Source of the DNA: the human T2T-CHM13v2.0 reference genome, Homo sapiens
Length of the DNA stretch: 64,000 bases
Assembly: GCF_009914755.1 (NCBI RefSeq)
Contig: NC_060945.1
Strand: one strand, 5' to 3'
Shown: in pieces, positions 12,151 through 27,200 of the stretch
Layout of the letters: each line of letters opens with the position of its first letter
Numbering within the stretch: position 1 is the first letter of the stretch
Translations under genes and position numbers: made by a program
Notes under the pieces: model-generated
Seen by the model: the letters and a program-made list of their open reading frames with translations, nothing else
Told to the model about the DNA's origin: nothing
Databases searched by the model: none

Positions 12151-14654
12151 AAATGCTGTTATATATCACTTGTAAGTTTTAAACATTTTAGTACTGTTCA
12201 TATAGATTTCACCTCACACCCCACCCTGCCCCAGCCAATAAATCCATATACACAGACCCACTCAAACTCTCACCTGCAGATTTTCAGAGCACACTACATC
12301 CTGCCAAGTCTCCAGCGTGAAGAACAACTTTTGCATAGGTTTCATCTTTCCTTTGTATTAATAGGTAACAAAGTCTGGCTGCCTCAAACTCAGAACATCC
12401 TTGCAACACTGTTACACCCACTGATCTTCCAAGTTCACCTTCACAAATGTGCAAGGGATGAGGGGGACAAAGACCAAGTCACCAGCACCACTCCTGATCC
12501 CCCAGATTCCAGCCCAGGTAAACCATTCAGCATCATTGGTCAAAGGTATTGGGTCACTGAAGGAGGAGAGGGGTAGAAACAAGGCATTGATTCAAATACT
12601 TCCAAAATATGTATGTGTTTTCCCAAGCAGCTGTTACTCCCCAGCTTGAGGAAAGTGCTGAGTTACAGATGATGGAGTATGAAACACTGAGAGAGGGCAC
12701 ACCCTGTGCCTTCGCAGCAAGAATGGCAGAGCTACAGTGGCTTTGGTGTTTTACTTCACCCACTTTTATGCCTACTCTTTTCTTAGCGCCCCCTTCCCTT
12801 ACTCATTGCATCAAAGTGATCCACTGAAAAGAATTAAGTCAACTGCAGAGTTCCAGATAGCTATCCTCAGGAGTTTTAAAACTTAAGATGAAAGCAGTCA
12901 GGGAATTAAGACTAAATCCCGAATATGTAAGAAAAGGGCTTTCCCACGTGGCACAATACACGTACTGTCTGCTTCACAGGTCCAGCCTGGTAGCAATCAG
13001 GCAGGATACCAGAGCACGCAGGAAATCCAAAATTAGGTTTTACTACCTATAATGGAAGATTTACGGGATGGTTTAATTGGTAGTCTCAGGACTAAAACCT
13101 GAAGCAGGGGAACAAAAACGTCTTTCTGGACACAGCCAGTGAGCCCACGTGCACCCCATGACACTCGCTCATAGGACACACAGGCCCGAGGCTGCAGGGG
13201 ACAGAGTAAGGTCACAACTCCTCCTTCTCCCAACCTTGATGCACACCAAAGCCAACAACATGCTATTTCCTGTTCCTTTTATTTAAGAGGCAAATTTGTT
13301 TCTTGTGGTAGAATGGGTCTTCAAGCTACACACACAAACTCAGGTGTTCCGCAAAACAAAAGAACTCATTCAATTCAGTCCTCCCCTGTATTTCCAAACC
13401 ACAGGGGCAACACTCACAAGCTGCAAAGAGGATTCCGCCCCACCGGGAATGCATCGGTCTGCACCTGTCTGTTGCCATTTTCAGGGTTAGCAGGGCCACT
13501 GGAAAATTTCCTCAGTACCATTTTGGGTCAATGTAAAGGATAATTGAAGTGCATGTTTCTGTAAATTCCACGTGCTCAGAGAGATTTCAAGTAAACACAG
13601 GAAAATAAGAACTGTGGGCTTGAGCCATATGTTGGCAGGCCACGTGGGGCAGGAAGAACACACACTGTCCAGGCAGTGAGTAACTGAAAACCAAGTGCCC
13701 ACAGACACCATCCACTGCCAGAACTTGGGAAGCTGGGGTCCCAAGGGACAGTCCCCTCTGCTCACCCTCTCCCCTCCTTTCTTTCTCACCCTCTCAACAA
13801 ACTTTAGTGGAGTTGGCTTTTTTTCCTAGAGGCCTTCATAGCCACTTTTTCCCCTCTCCAGGTGGTAGCCTGGGACCTACTGTGCAGAAGGACACACAGG
13901 TCTGAATTGAGGTCAAGCCAGGAAGAGGAAGAAGTGCAGAGCAGGGCAGCCACTGGCTTCTGAAATCCAATGGAAGAGGCGGCACCATTTAGTAGCATGA
14001 CATTCTGTCTGCAAACCACCATGATGATATTGTTACTAAGTAGAAGAATCCCTTTTAAAAGAACTTTCGATATATTATAACATACTATAACAAGATGGGA
14101 AGACATTTTTCCTTTTAATAAATTGATTTTCGTAAAGGAGATTTCAACTTTCCAGTGATGGACACTTTTCCTGGCTTCCACTTGTTTTCTGAAGGTTTCC
14201 ATTTGGGTGTGATTTCTTAGCAAACAAGAGCCTTCCCAAACATTGCCTGCAGACATCTTGGTCTGTAGAAACACCTTATAAGGAGATCAACGTATAACAC
14301 AGTCTTTTTCTACCTAGAGAATTAGCAAAGGGTGAAATTTGGTATGACAGGGGTCTTCCCTGGATTCCTTTCAATGTAGTCCAAGGAAGAACTAACTTAG
14401 GCTGAATTCTATTAAGACAAGGTTATCACAATATTTACAAGATTATTTATCAGGATTATATCAATTAAATATTTTGGGGGAAAAAATTGCCATACAAAAA
14501 TCATATTAAAATTGAGCCAAGCAGTGAAACAACTCTGAAATGGCCTAGAAATAACATGTATTTGATATTCACTTTTTCTGAATACAGATGTGATCTTCAT
14601 GCCATCATTGACCCCAGGTGGTAAGGATCATTAATGTTTCTAGAATCCTACACT

Positions 14655-14985
14655 GGGCAGCTGATGCCTGTAATCCTAGCATTTTGAGGGGCCAAGGAGG
14701 GAGCATTTCTTGAGCCCAGGAGTTAGAGAGCAGCCTGGGCAACACAGCGAGACCCCATCTCTACAAAAATATTTTAAAACTTAGCCGGGCATGGCAGCAT
14801 GCACTTGTAGTCCCAGCTACTTGGGAGGCTGATGTGGGAGGATCATTTGAGTGTGGGAGATGGAGGCTGCAGTGAGCTGTGGTCACACCACTACACTCCA
14901 GCCTCAGTGACAGAATGAGACTCTGTCTCAGAAAAAAATAAACGATTTTAAAAATTTTAAACCCTTAAAAATAAGTAAATAATAA
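14655..14985 (+). mobile_element. AluJ
   Basis: Dimeric Alu with J-type GGAGGATCATTTGAG and heavy CpG decay; flanking repeat TCCTACACT(G). Confidence 0.9.
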
Positions 14986-15767
14986 ATTCCTACACTGTTG
15001 TACAGTTAACGGCCCCAATTACTAAGCTCAAAGGGAATTACCCAGAAAAGGCAAGAAAAACCTAAGTGTGAACTATGGCTATAGAGAAACAAATATATGG
15101 CTTGTAATATAAATAGGTTTCATATACATAAGAGTGTAGGCATACATTGCAATGTATCATCTCATCTGACCCTGCTACCAAATAAACCACAATGTGATTT
15201 TGCTACTGTGGAATCCACTGTGAAACGAGTCATATTTCAAAGAGGTATTTTTAGTGATTTTTAAGGGCAAGAATTCACAGACTTCAGATCTGGGTTCCAC
15301 GTGACCATGACAAGCACTTGGTCAGTTCTGCGGCTTGGGCTCCAAATTCAATGTGTGGATCACCACTGACTCAAACTAACTCTATCTGTAAGATGATTCA
15401 AAAGAGACAATTTGGAAAAACAGAAGGGAGGAAAGACTTGAGAAAGAGTGAGCTTTTACAACTAAACAGTATTTGCTTGAATTTAAACACCACTTAAAAC
15501 ATAGACAACAAAGACAAAAAGCATCAGTGAAAATGTATGTCCCTTTTACATTCCAAATACAGGCCCAGAAAGCAATAAGCAAAAGGCACAGCTGGGCTCT
15601 GTATAGCCGACTTGTTGATGTTTAATGCAGGTACCACTCTGATCTCAGCCCCCAGATAGAAGCATATACTCTAGTGATGGCCCAGGAAGACGTCGACCAG
15701 CACAAAGCATCACCACACTTCCCACATTCTGAGTTGGATGCAACCATTCTCTTAGAAACCTAGTCTT

Positions 15768-16104
<337 letters not shown>

Positions 16105-17149
16105 TCATGGTAACATCCTTTACCATTTAATCTCTCCTAGAAGACAGGGCATTGCCATACCATTACTCACTTGAAGATGAGAAGTGGAGGATTTGTTAGG
16201 ACTGCAGGTGATGAGGAGAGACTCAAACAGAATGTTAGATTCTGACCGATCTGCTCTGGTTTCACACACTTCTTTCCCTTCCTAAGAATCTGCTTTTCCC
16301 TTCATGTACTTTTTCCTATTTTCAGTATCACTGGGTCATTTCTAGTAACTCTGCTTAAGTGATCCTGTCAGCTACAGGGCGTGGGTGGGTTATTCAGCTC
16401 TGCCTCACAGAACACTCACCCTCCATCTCTGAGTCAGTTGCCTTTTAATGGAAATACTATTCGCTGATCATGTTCATACCGGCCCAGTTTTGTTTCTCTT
16501 GACAATGGCCCAGGTGTTTTTCTCTTCTGATTGAGTTTTGGGGTAAGCTCAGCATCTTTGTTGTTGTTGTTTGTTTTATTACATTTCCATTTTTACTGGA
16601 GGGGAAAGATCAGAGTCAATGTGATCCAGCTGCTGCACGTCAGTCCCGCCACATGACCTGCACTGTTACATCCAAAGCGTGCAGGGAAAAGGCTGCGTGC
16701 TCAGGTCCAGAAGTTCATAAAGGCAGCCTCTCCCATCAGCTCACCGGTGGCTGCCAGCCTCCATGCCGCCTTGCTCTCTCTAGGCTACTGGTTTTTGCAA
16801 CCTTCTGCTTTTGTCCACTCATAACTTTGATAAGTACCGTGTCACCTTCTCATACGTGGAAAACATGTGGTCAGCGATTCGGCATGTTTAATGGTGCTTG
16901 AACAATACAAAGGGGAGCTGTCATCCATCTTTTGTTTTCTCATTATCAGTTTTCAGGCCACGTTCTAAACAAGGACGACAACCAACAGAACATCATTCCC
17001 TGGTGTCCCAGTCCTTGCTTACTTTGAATCTCCTCACCACCTTCAGTCCTTTCTAAGGTCACGTACGGGCATCCACCGTCTTTTTTCCTAAACAGAATAC
17101 TTTGCAAAGTCAAGTATTGGCATTTCGTATTTAAGCCATGCATCCTCAA

Positions 17150-17390
17150 GGAGGCTAAAATTAGTTCTTGAAGGATGAAAAAAGTCTTATTCCTTTTCTG
17201 TATAAAGCACAGATATACCTAAATGTAGACATACGTATATGTATAATGCAAAGTACTAAAACAGTATATCTGTGGTATTAAATTTTCATGTGAGGAGGGA
17301 CAATTAGGAAAAAAAATCAGAAAATGCTTTTTAGGAGGTTGATCATGAAAACAGGAGGTTGGTCATGAAAAAAAAGGTTGAAAAACACTA
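17150..17390 (-). mobile_element. hAT-Charlie MITE remnant (MER112/113-like)
   Basis: GTATATCTGTGGTATTAAAATTTTCATG...AAAAAAGGTTGAAAAACACT terminal motif. Confidence 0.5.
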
Positions 17391-20125
17391 ATTTAAGCCT
17401 AAATGTAACTACATTACAAAATGTCACTACTTCTTGCTGGTTTTGGCACCAGTGCCTCAGGTGACACAGAAATACTAAGTTTTCTTTTATTCTGATATGC
17501 TTAAGGTATCCCCAAAATGATTTCTCTAAGTTGGGAATTGAAAGGGTTATGTTACACTCATTCACTCTTTAACAAGTCATATACACGTCACCTCCTATTT
17601 TAGAAGCCAATGGGTATTAAAGCACAAGAAATAAAACCACTGAAAAAGCAAAAAATAAAAAGGAAAGAAATAAAGACTCGGCACTCTGACACAGATGAAG
17701 CAGATGATTATGTTTATTTAAAACAGCAACTTATTTTTTAATGTCTATGAACTAAAGATTTCTCAGGACATCTTATTTCATGTTAAGTGTCCAATGCAGC
17801 AATCTTTGCCTTGCAAAGCCCATTACAAATAGGCTTGTGCATTCCAGAAAGGAAGCATGCATTTAACTTTCCCAAATATGTAATATGCAATTCTTTTTTT
17901 TAAATTTTTTACTTGCTTGGAGCAAAGACTGAAAGCAAGTATTTAATCTCGCTTCCTTTGCCAGTGCAAACGTAACTAATTCTGATCCTCATTTCCATTT
18001 CTTCCTTAATCTTTTTAAATCAGGGTTGGGCCAGCATTTATTCCCAACCTTTTGGAGAAGTAGCCTGTATTTCAAATGGGGCCGCGATGCTACCGCATGT
18101 TGTCCTGACCAGTGCCGTCCTGATCCTTGCTGGAGAAAGAAATGGAGGCATTTTACTCACAATCACAGAGCTTACGTATGCCAGCATTACAGAATGCAAA
18201 AAATAACTTTGCAACAATCTGAAAGGGTAATTTATGGAGCGTGGACAGTAAATGGGGTATGTTTTCTGTCCTGAAAATCCCAGATGAGGGCAGGCTTATG
18301 AATAATTTTCAAAAATCAGGAAGTCTGTGGAAATCCCTACTGTCTTATAAAGATTGCACCGTGCTCATCGCATCTCCCACGGCCTCTGCCTCCTCCTCCA
18401 CCTCCTCCGAGGTTCCTTGGTCCTGACTCCTAATGGCAAGGGCCAAAGAACACAGGCACCTGCCTCCAGCAAATCCACTCCGATTCCCCCTCATTCCCAG
18501 ACACAAATTTCCATGAAAACCAGACAGAGGACAGAAAGCAGGGGCAGGATATTCCAAAAGCACTTCAGATCTGCAGCCTGATTTCATTGGACTCGCTGGC
18601 TTGTTTCTTTTAGTCCCTGGGTGTGTTGACTGCAGGAGAAACCTCACTAACGACGACACTTCAGAACTGTGAGTCCAAACACTTAAGGAAGGACGTGCCC
18701 AGGAGGAAGGTCTAGAAGCTCAGAGACAGTGAGGAAGGGGCATTGCTCAGCGATGCTTAGATGCCTTCATGAGCTGACTCTACTGGGAGTCACTTGTCAT
18801 GCCCCTGAATCCACCCACACATCTCTATAACATATGAAAACTGTTCAGCCCAAAGGAAAAAATAAACTCGATGGTTCTCATTAATCCAAGTTTAACTAAA
18901 CACAACAGTTTCCAAGAGTACATTTCAGCCATTTCGTACCCGCAGATACCCAACCTGAGAAGCTGATGGGAAACGGCTGTTTTGGCATCACCGAGGGCTG
19001 CGGCAGGCAGCACCCAGGGGGCTTCTGTCTCCCCTGTGGCGCTGCAGCTGAGAGCCACACCCATGAGCTGATGACGTAGCGTTTCTCTCAAAGGTCTCCC
19101 TTGATGATGTGGCAAACTGCAAGGACCAAGCACAGAGGCACCTGGACACCAACCCTTCCCTGCGAGCCACATGGCCAGTCAAACGTTCTGGTTACCGGGG
19201 ATGACACGCTTTTTCCGACAAGATTTTAAGCACTTGTGGCTTACATCAATGTGGTCTCGTATTCATTGTGTGTTTAGACCACTTGCCTCGCACGTTCTCA
19301 TATTTACACATGTTCACTGAACGTAACCTCAAGTGAATTATTTAAGAAGCCTTAATGTGCTTCAGACTGCTCAAATATAATTTAGACTTTAAATTAAATT
19401 TGTACTCTGATACGAAACTGCAATGCTTGAATGCAGCTTACGGCATCAAGTGGACATGCAGGAGGCCTTGGAATAGAATTTCAGTTACCCCTAAAGGGCT
19501 CACACCTAGTGGCCCACGTTCCTTATAGGACGAAACAAGATTCAACTACAAAATCCAACTCATTGCCTACGTTTGAAAGCTGGGGAGCCTGCAGTACACA
19601 AGATAAAGTCTTGCTTCTCCATTTGTCCTTACGTGACCCTACAATGAAGCATCGCTACACACCAGAGACGTATAATGCTAGACGCGAGAACACACAGCCA
19701 TGCTCCTTGGTCAGAGGTTTTGGGTATGGTTGGGTGTTTTAATAAACCACAATATTCCTTCTCCTTCACTGTTTGGTTACCAATAATTGTGCTGCCTTAG
19801 GTGTAAAATTCAATATGGTGATTAGAGTCTAGAGAAGCCACACTTATTTTATTTAGCAGTTTTTGTTTTATTTTTACAGTAAGCACTGCCCACTGGGAAA
19901 AATAAACCAAAATAAAAAGAGTGAAATTCCCTTATTATGCACTAGCGATAATGAAAACAAACTTATCTACAAAGAACCACAGACGAGAAATTTGCCTAGA
20001 GACCAGCTACTGGAACTAAAAACAAATTTCTTATTCAGGAAAATGTGAATGAGTAAGAATCTGCTAGTGAAGTTTCTTACTTTGCACAAAAAATTAAATG
20101 AAATCTTAACTTTAAGAGTAGCATA

Positions 20126-20429
<304 letters not shown>

Positions 20430-21149
20430 AAGAGTGGCATAGTTAAAAGGGTAGAAGGTTACTCAATGACGCATCACGTATAGTACACATATAGCACACT
20501 GATAATAACAAATGGCATGTAAGCACTGTGGATTGACTTCAGAAGACTTTTCCATAAGCTTCAGTATCACAAACGAAGGGAAAAGCCTGTGTTATGTGCA
20601 ACCTGTCATGATCAAATAGTGTGAATATGTCCTTGTAAAGGTTAATTCTATAGCAATACATTTAGTTGATGTGCTTTCTTCCTCTGGGATTCTAGCACTT
20701 TAAGAATGCCGTTCTTCAAAATAATCAATTGTATTATTCTCAAGAAACATGCAAAATAAGAAATTTGTCATCAAGCTGGAATTATCTTTAAATAGAGGAT
20801 ATTCAAATAGCATTTTTATGCCTGGAGTTGTCGCAGCATGATTCCGGCAAAAGCCGCACTATTTGTTAGCTGGCACACAGAGTTTTGGCCTGAAATTCAG
20901 TATTTTATTTTACCCTTTAAAAGCATGAAGTGACTCAACAGGAAATTATACATACATTTTTCCCTCCAATGTAAAAACTGCAGATCTAGTACCGAACATG
21001 TCACGCTGGCATTCAATTTTCTATTGCTATCATATCTGGTTCCTTAGTGACATAAGGTCACAAAACTTCTACTCCTGTGGCCAAGAGACATAATAGATGT
21101 TGCGGTTGCTCATTATATTAAATTTGAATTCCTAAGCTAAACATTCTAG

Positions 21150-21468
21150 ACCTGCACTATTCGGCATGGTGGCCACTAGCCACATGTGACTATGGAGCCC
21201 TTGAAATGTGACCAGCCCAGATGGAGACGTGCTGTAAATATACACTACACAATGGATTTTGAAGATTTCATATAGAGAAAAAATAAAGTCAAATATCTCA
21301 TCCATATTTTACACTGATTACATTTGAAATGGTAGTATTTTCAGCATGTGTTACATAAATTACATTATTAAAATTAATTCCACCTGTCCCTGTCTTTTTT
21401 AATTTGGCTACTGGAAGATTTAAAACTACCCTTGAAGTTCATGTTCTATTTCCTTTGCCCAGCACTGC
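21150..21468. mobile_element. MER33/MER3-like hAT MITE
   Basis: ATGGTGGCCACTAGCCACATGTGACTAT...TTGAAATGTG...GGCTACTGGAAGATTTAAAACTAC...CAGCACTG; ~320 bp. Confidence 0.75.
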
Positions 21469-21569
21469 CAGGACCTTACACGGACTCTGCCTCCACGTCA
21501 CTCGCTCCCTTCCGGTCACTTCCATAACAGGCCCGCCACTCTGACCAAGATAACTACACACAGCAGAGT

Positions 21570-21785
21570 CCCATGGGTGGATCTCAGCATCCGCCTGCCT
21601 GGTTCTGATGCTGCCCTGGTTCCCACTACTGTGTGACTCCAGGCAAGGTGCTCAGCACTCCTGAGCCTCACTGCTATTCTGGAAAATGAGGACAATTAGA
21701 GCACCTCCTGCAAAGAGCCACAGTGAAGACAGTCCTGGCAAAGTGTCTCCTGTGGCTATACCATCTGGTGAGTGAATGTCACCTG
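21570..21785 (+). mobile_element. MIR
   Basis: CTGTGTGACTCCAGGCAAG...CTGAGCCTCA...GAAAATGAGGACAAT. Confidence 0.55.
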
Positions 21786-22659
21786 CCACCTTCCACAACA
21801 TCACACCTCTCCCTTCCCTTATGTAAGACTGCTTTCTTCCCTACCTCTTAACTTTACACCTGAGATATTGAAGTAGGTGTCTGGTCTGATCCCTCCAACA
21901 CTCCAGAGGATTTGGTCAGTTTCCACACTGTGTGACCCACTCCCAGGTAACACTTCCACCCTCCAAACACACCAGCAGGCCTGACTCCTCCACCCTCCCG
22001 CCCACTGCTATCTCTACCATTCCCGCCAATCCAGATCCAACACGCCATGGCACAGCTCAAGGGCCTCAGCCTCCGGGTAGCATGCTCTGATCCTCTGATC
22101 TTCCTATGGAATGGTGTAGATTGCTTTTGGATTGCATGATTCTATTTTATGTTATTTATACTCTACCTTGTTCCCAAAAAGGGACTCAAAGTGGTCTACA
22201 AGGATATATGCAATATGACAAGGTTGTTTAAAATTCAGAAGCAAAATAAAAAATAAAGATGATGCTAAAGGGAAACAAGGGTAAGAACATAAACTCGAGC
22301 TAGGAATGCAATGGCCCGCCAGGCAGGCCTCAGGGTCTCACATATCTGCTGGAGTTGGGTCATTCACACGTCTCCAAATAATGAAATCCAACCAAATGCT
22401 CAGACAATGACTCCTGATGCTAAGGCTAAAAATGAAATCCTCCAATGATTCCATAAGAAAGAAGGACCTGTGTGATAGCAAGCATGCCCAAGAACGGCCC
22501 TACAGCAAACCCAGTGTATTGCACGAGGCTGTCTCCCTGCTCGGGAACATCTCCTCCATTGCCATACAGTCTAGAGCCCTGTTCACTGCCATGCTGGCCC
22601 AGTTGAACCAGGTGGTCCCACTGAGGATGCCACTCTTGTTGGTGTGTGAACTCATCTCC

Positions 22660-22962
22660 TTCGAGATTTCATGATGCGCACATTCACCCCCGTTCTAGAT
22701 TTCATGACACAAGCATTCACCCCTTTTCTAGATTCTATGGCAAGTATGTTCACCCACTTTCCAGATTGCACGGCATTCGCATTCACCGCCTAGATTCTAG
22801 ATTCCACGGCATGCACATTCGCCCACTTTCTAGATTCCACGATGTGAATGTTCCCCTCCTTTCTAGACTCTGTGGTGTGAATGTCTGCCCCAATTCCATG
22901 GCATTCTTGCTCACCTCCCTTTCTAGATTCCATAGCATGCGGATTCATCCTCTTTCTGGATT
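22660..22962. repeat. Degenerate 33-bp minisatellite, ~9 units
   Basis: Consensus ~CTAGATTCCAYGGCATGCRCATTCACCCYCTTT; CTAGATT recurs at ~33-bp spacing. Confidence 0.9.
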
Positions 22963-23947
22963 TTGCCTCCCTGAAGGCACTGTGCAAGTCTTCTGCATAG
23001 TGTCTTGCATGAAGTCTTACACAGAACATAAGGCAAAAACATGGACTAAATGGACAGCTTGCCTTCCACCATACAGTCTGTAGCTTCTAGCCTCCGTTCC
23101 TTTGCACGTGCCTTTCCCAGGATCCGGAGCACCCCCTCTGTGGATGGAGTCCTGTATCTTCTCACCTTGAGTCAAATCTGACTGCCCGCTGATCTCTGCC
23201 TACTCAGCATTCCCTGAATTCTCAGGCATTCCACTTGTCCTGTATTAATTTCCACCTGTAGGTATTTATCCTAAGGACACCGCATTTAGAGTGTCCTTGC
23301 AAGAGGGGATGCTCCTCTCTTCAGCTAAACTTAGCTATTTAAAGTAAAAAGGGTGGTAGTTTTGTTTACCTGTTAACACAACTCATGGAAGAGAGAAAAA
23401 TTCAAGCATGCCACTAATTGCTGCAGTCAGACAGACAGGTGGATAGGCGGGCTCCATAGCGGAATGTTCTGGCTTCTCCCACTAAATTTGCAGTTGTTCG
23501 TCTAATCTCTAGACGTGTCCCGTGTCTTAACAGTCCCTGTATGACTTATGCTCCCACCTCTTGTTTGGGACAGTGCTCTCATTTAATAGATGCTCAATAT
23601 ATTTTAATTAAGAAATGTATTTTCACGTTGCTTAAGACCCATAAAGAACAATTAATACAATGTAATGCTTAATTTTGCAAAGAAAAAGTTTATATTGATG
23701 CTAAATGCATTTACAAATGTGCTCGTAATGTACAAACAAATACAGCCCTTACTGTGGGTTACACATACTTATGAAATGATTTTATTGACTTACCTTTGGT
23801 TTTACAATTTGGCTATGGGGTACTTAGAAGAAACTGCCCTTGTGGGACATTCTGTCTAATCACTTATATTTACAAGCCTTAGAAAACTGTAAAAATATAT
23901 TCAGTTTCATTAAGAGATATTCGATCTTCAGAACTGATACTATTTCA

Positions 23948-24261
<314 letters not shown>

Positions 24262-27200
24262 ATAAAATCCTTTTACTTTGATACCTCAAGTAGTAATCAA
24301 TAATATCCCTCTCTGTTCTAATGGCAGGGCCTTTAGGTAAGGTTTCAGAATTTGGGATAAATACTAATAATATGCTGATCTAACATCTCTTCTCCAGAAG
24401 ACTCCCTAGATTTGATTTTTACTGTCATTATTTCTATTTTAAAACTCTGTAGTGAAGTAAGTTTTACTGTCGGGGTCAAATAGACTAGAAAGTACTTTTC
24501 AATACTGAAGAAGCAAATTTTTCCTCCACTTTTGCTTATTCTGTCCTCTTGCTGCTGTATCTTGAACTGCAGAAAAAGCAAGCCTTGCACAAGGCAAGTT
24601 TAAACTTTGTGCAATTATAGACCCAGATTTGTAAATCTGGCAGCAGGCTCACATCAGCTTTGTGAGGTTGGGTATAATTTTAATGAGAATCCATTCAACA
24701 TATGAAATCTTAGAATGTTTCTCAATTAGCACTTGGTTTCTTTTCAAAATGTTTTTACCTCATTTCCTAATAAAAGAAATCTCAGCTTTCTGATACATTT
24801 AATTAAAAAGTTTTATGTTGAGATTGTAAATGTGAGTGGTTTCTGTTTCAAAACATTTCATTTTGCTAGTACATCCTTCACTTATTATTTATACTCTGCT
24901 TAGATCTCTGCATTTCCCATGCAAAAATCCTGAAATGCACCTTCTTCAGTGCTGAGGTCTAAAGTTTCCCCTTCCTAAGTAGTGCCACAGTCACCCCCTC
25001 TTCCTCCCACAGGGCCCTCATAATAGCTTCTTTCAGTCCTTCCTCTGAACCCTGAGACCCCCGTTCACTCTCATGTCAAGCAGAATTCCAAGCCTTCATT
25101 GCACACAGAGGTGGGTCCAGGGAGGTATCCCGTGTTTCTGAAATTCCTGCTTTGCCTGTGCCTAAGCTTCCCAATTCTCCCAAGAGTCCTCATTTTAAGA
25201 ACACAATGCAATGCTAGCATTGCACTAGCATTCAGCATCTCCCACCATACATTGCAAATGGATAATTAGCTTGATTGCTAGGAGATTCACCTGCTATCCC
25301 CTCTTCTCACCCTTTAGCAATGTGTGTGGAACGCACTTGGCTCCGAACAAATTAATTGTGTGTGAGGGGTGACATCTGACTACGAACAACTAAAAAGAAC
25401 CATTTAATCAGGCCAAATTCCCTTCAGGCTTATTGAGGCTTGAGTGTGGATTTTTAAAATGTAAGCAGCACTGTCACTGTAACCATGAAACTGTCATGGT
25501 TTTAAGAAGTGAAGTTTTGGGGGACAACAACATGACCAACAGACTCTACCTCAGCATCCAGTTCCCAGATTAGTTAATACAAACTTGGGCCCCACTTTTC
25601 AACAGAAGCACAGCTCTAAGTAAAGGCTGGTACCCAGCTCTGCCCCCTCAAATTATTTGGTGAACAGGCCAAATGGGAGGAATTGCAGGTAGTACTGCAG
25701 AATCTGCCTGCCTTGGAAAACAGGCTTTCCATGAAATACAGTTTTAAGGTCCCCAGAGGCCAGGGCTCTCTCCCTCCCCTACTCTTCACTGCGCCCCCCG
25801 CCAACCCACACGTGATGAGAAACCACTGCCCCTGCAGAGGCCCCAGCAGCAGGCAAGGGTCTGTGGAAGAAAGAGAGGAATATTACAAAGGGGTTTCTGG
25901 CTGGAGGGGGGTTCCAGGGAGGGCAGAGAGGTTCAGGCTCCAAAGCTGGCAGCAGTCCCTACAGATGGAAAGCTCCAGTGACAGGACCCATGAAAGGACA
26001 CTGCAGAGCTTGTCCCATGTCATTGGGCCATCGAGACATCAAGGGCTGCCTGGATTTCAGGAACTCACATCTGTAGACCAAGAAGGAACAGCACGTTCCC
26101 ATTGCCAATTTCAATCAATTTATTAAACTAAGGCAATAGGTAAGTAACAGATTTACTAAGATATTGGGATTCTCTTACTGTCCATCTTAGTTCAGATGGA
26201 GATTCACAACACCAGCTAATCTGATTCCAGGATGCAGCTTCTGACGGTGCACAAGCTAATATTTCCTCAAGATAGTCACACAAACCTCCCTGCCAGGCGT
26301 GCAGAAAAATGTGCACGCTCCAATTTAGTCTTTCTTTTACTTTCCAACTTTAAGTACTTTAGTGAGCCCCAAGAATGCATAGCCACTCTTTCCACCCAGT
26401 TAGAGAGAAAATTAATCTTTCTACCAATAACAGAGAATCACTTAATGGAAATAGGACGATAGTACTTCACTAAATAAGGCTTCGCTCCTTTGCTCCCCTA
26501 CTCTCAAAACTGAGGTTCAAATGCATTTCTACACTTTCAAATGAACATGTGGGAACTTTTGCTGAATGCTGACATCAAGTGAAAATAAGGGTTTCCTATT
26601 TTTTAAAAGTCATTCTATATATGCCTGTTTTCTTTCCTATTTCCTAGAGAGACAGCTTTTCCACCCCGAGTATGTTTTGCAGGGGTAATAATTACTGCAA
26701 TAATGTTATCCTTAAAAGGGAGCACATATAAGACAAAAGCAGGTATAAAAATTTCATTCCCACTAAAACAATTCAAAATCATAGGTTAGGCTTTAAAAGG
26801 AAGCAACTACAAATCTAGGTTTTAAAAACCTTTAGACACACTAAAGATTTGTCCCAGATCACATCTGATGTCTATTTCTCTGGGATAATAACAAAAAAAA
26901 GAGGTGATAAATTAATTCAAATGGCCTATTTTACACACTTGAAGGATATTTCCATTGTCTCATATAGCCATTCTGAATAGGACAGAGTCACATAATGAAA
27001 CTTCCTTTGCACATTCTCCTGAACACGCACTGAGTCAAGATAGCCAAACCCCTTACTTTCATTGTAAAATTACTGTTTCTCATACGCAATCAGGGTCTCC
27101 CAGATTATGACATGCGACCCTAAAAATAGGAGAACTTAAAAGTTAGTTTAAATCTAAAACTTAGATCCAGCGCTCCATTTTTAGATGCACCCTTTAATTT

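Noticed and set aside
12091-14274. 161-aa (+) and 156-aa (-) ORFs
   Set aside because: Non-ATG starts in the track, no recognisable domain or exon structure; compatible with chance ORFs in intronic DNA.
22660-22962. CRISPR-like look (conserved repeat plus variable spacer)
   Set aside because: Human DNA with no cas genes. The variable cores are only ~10 nt and related to one another, so this is a diverged minisatellite.
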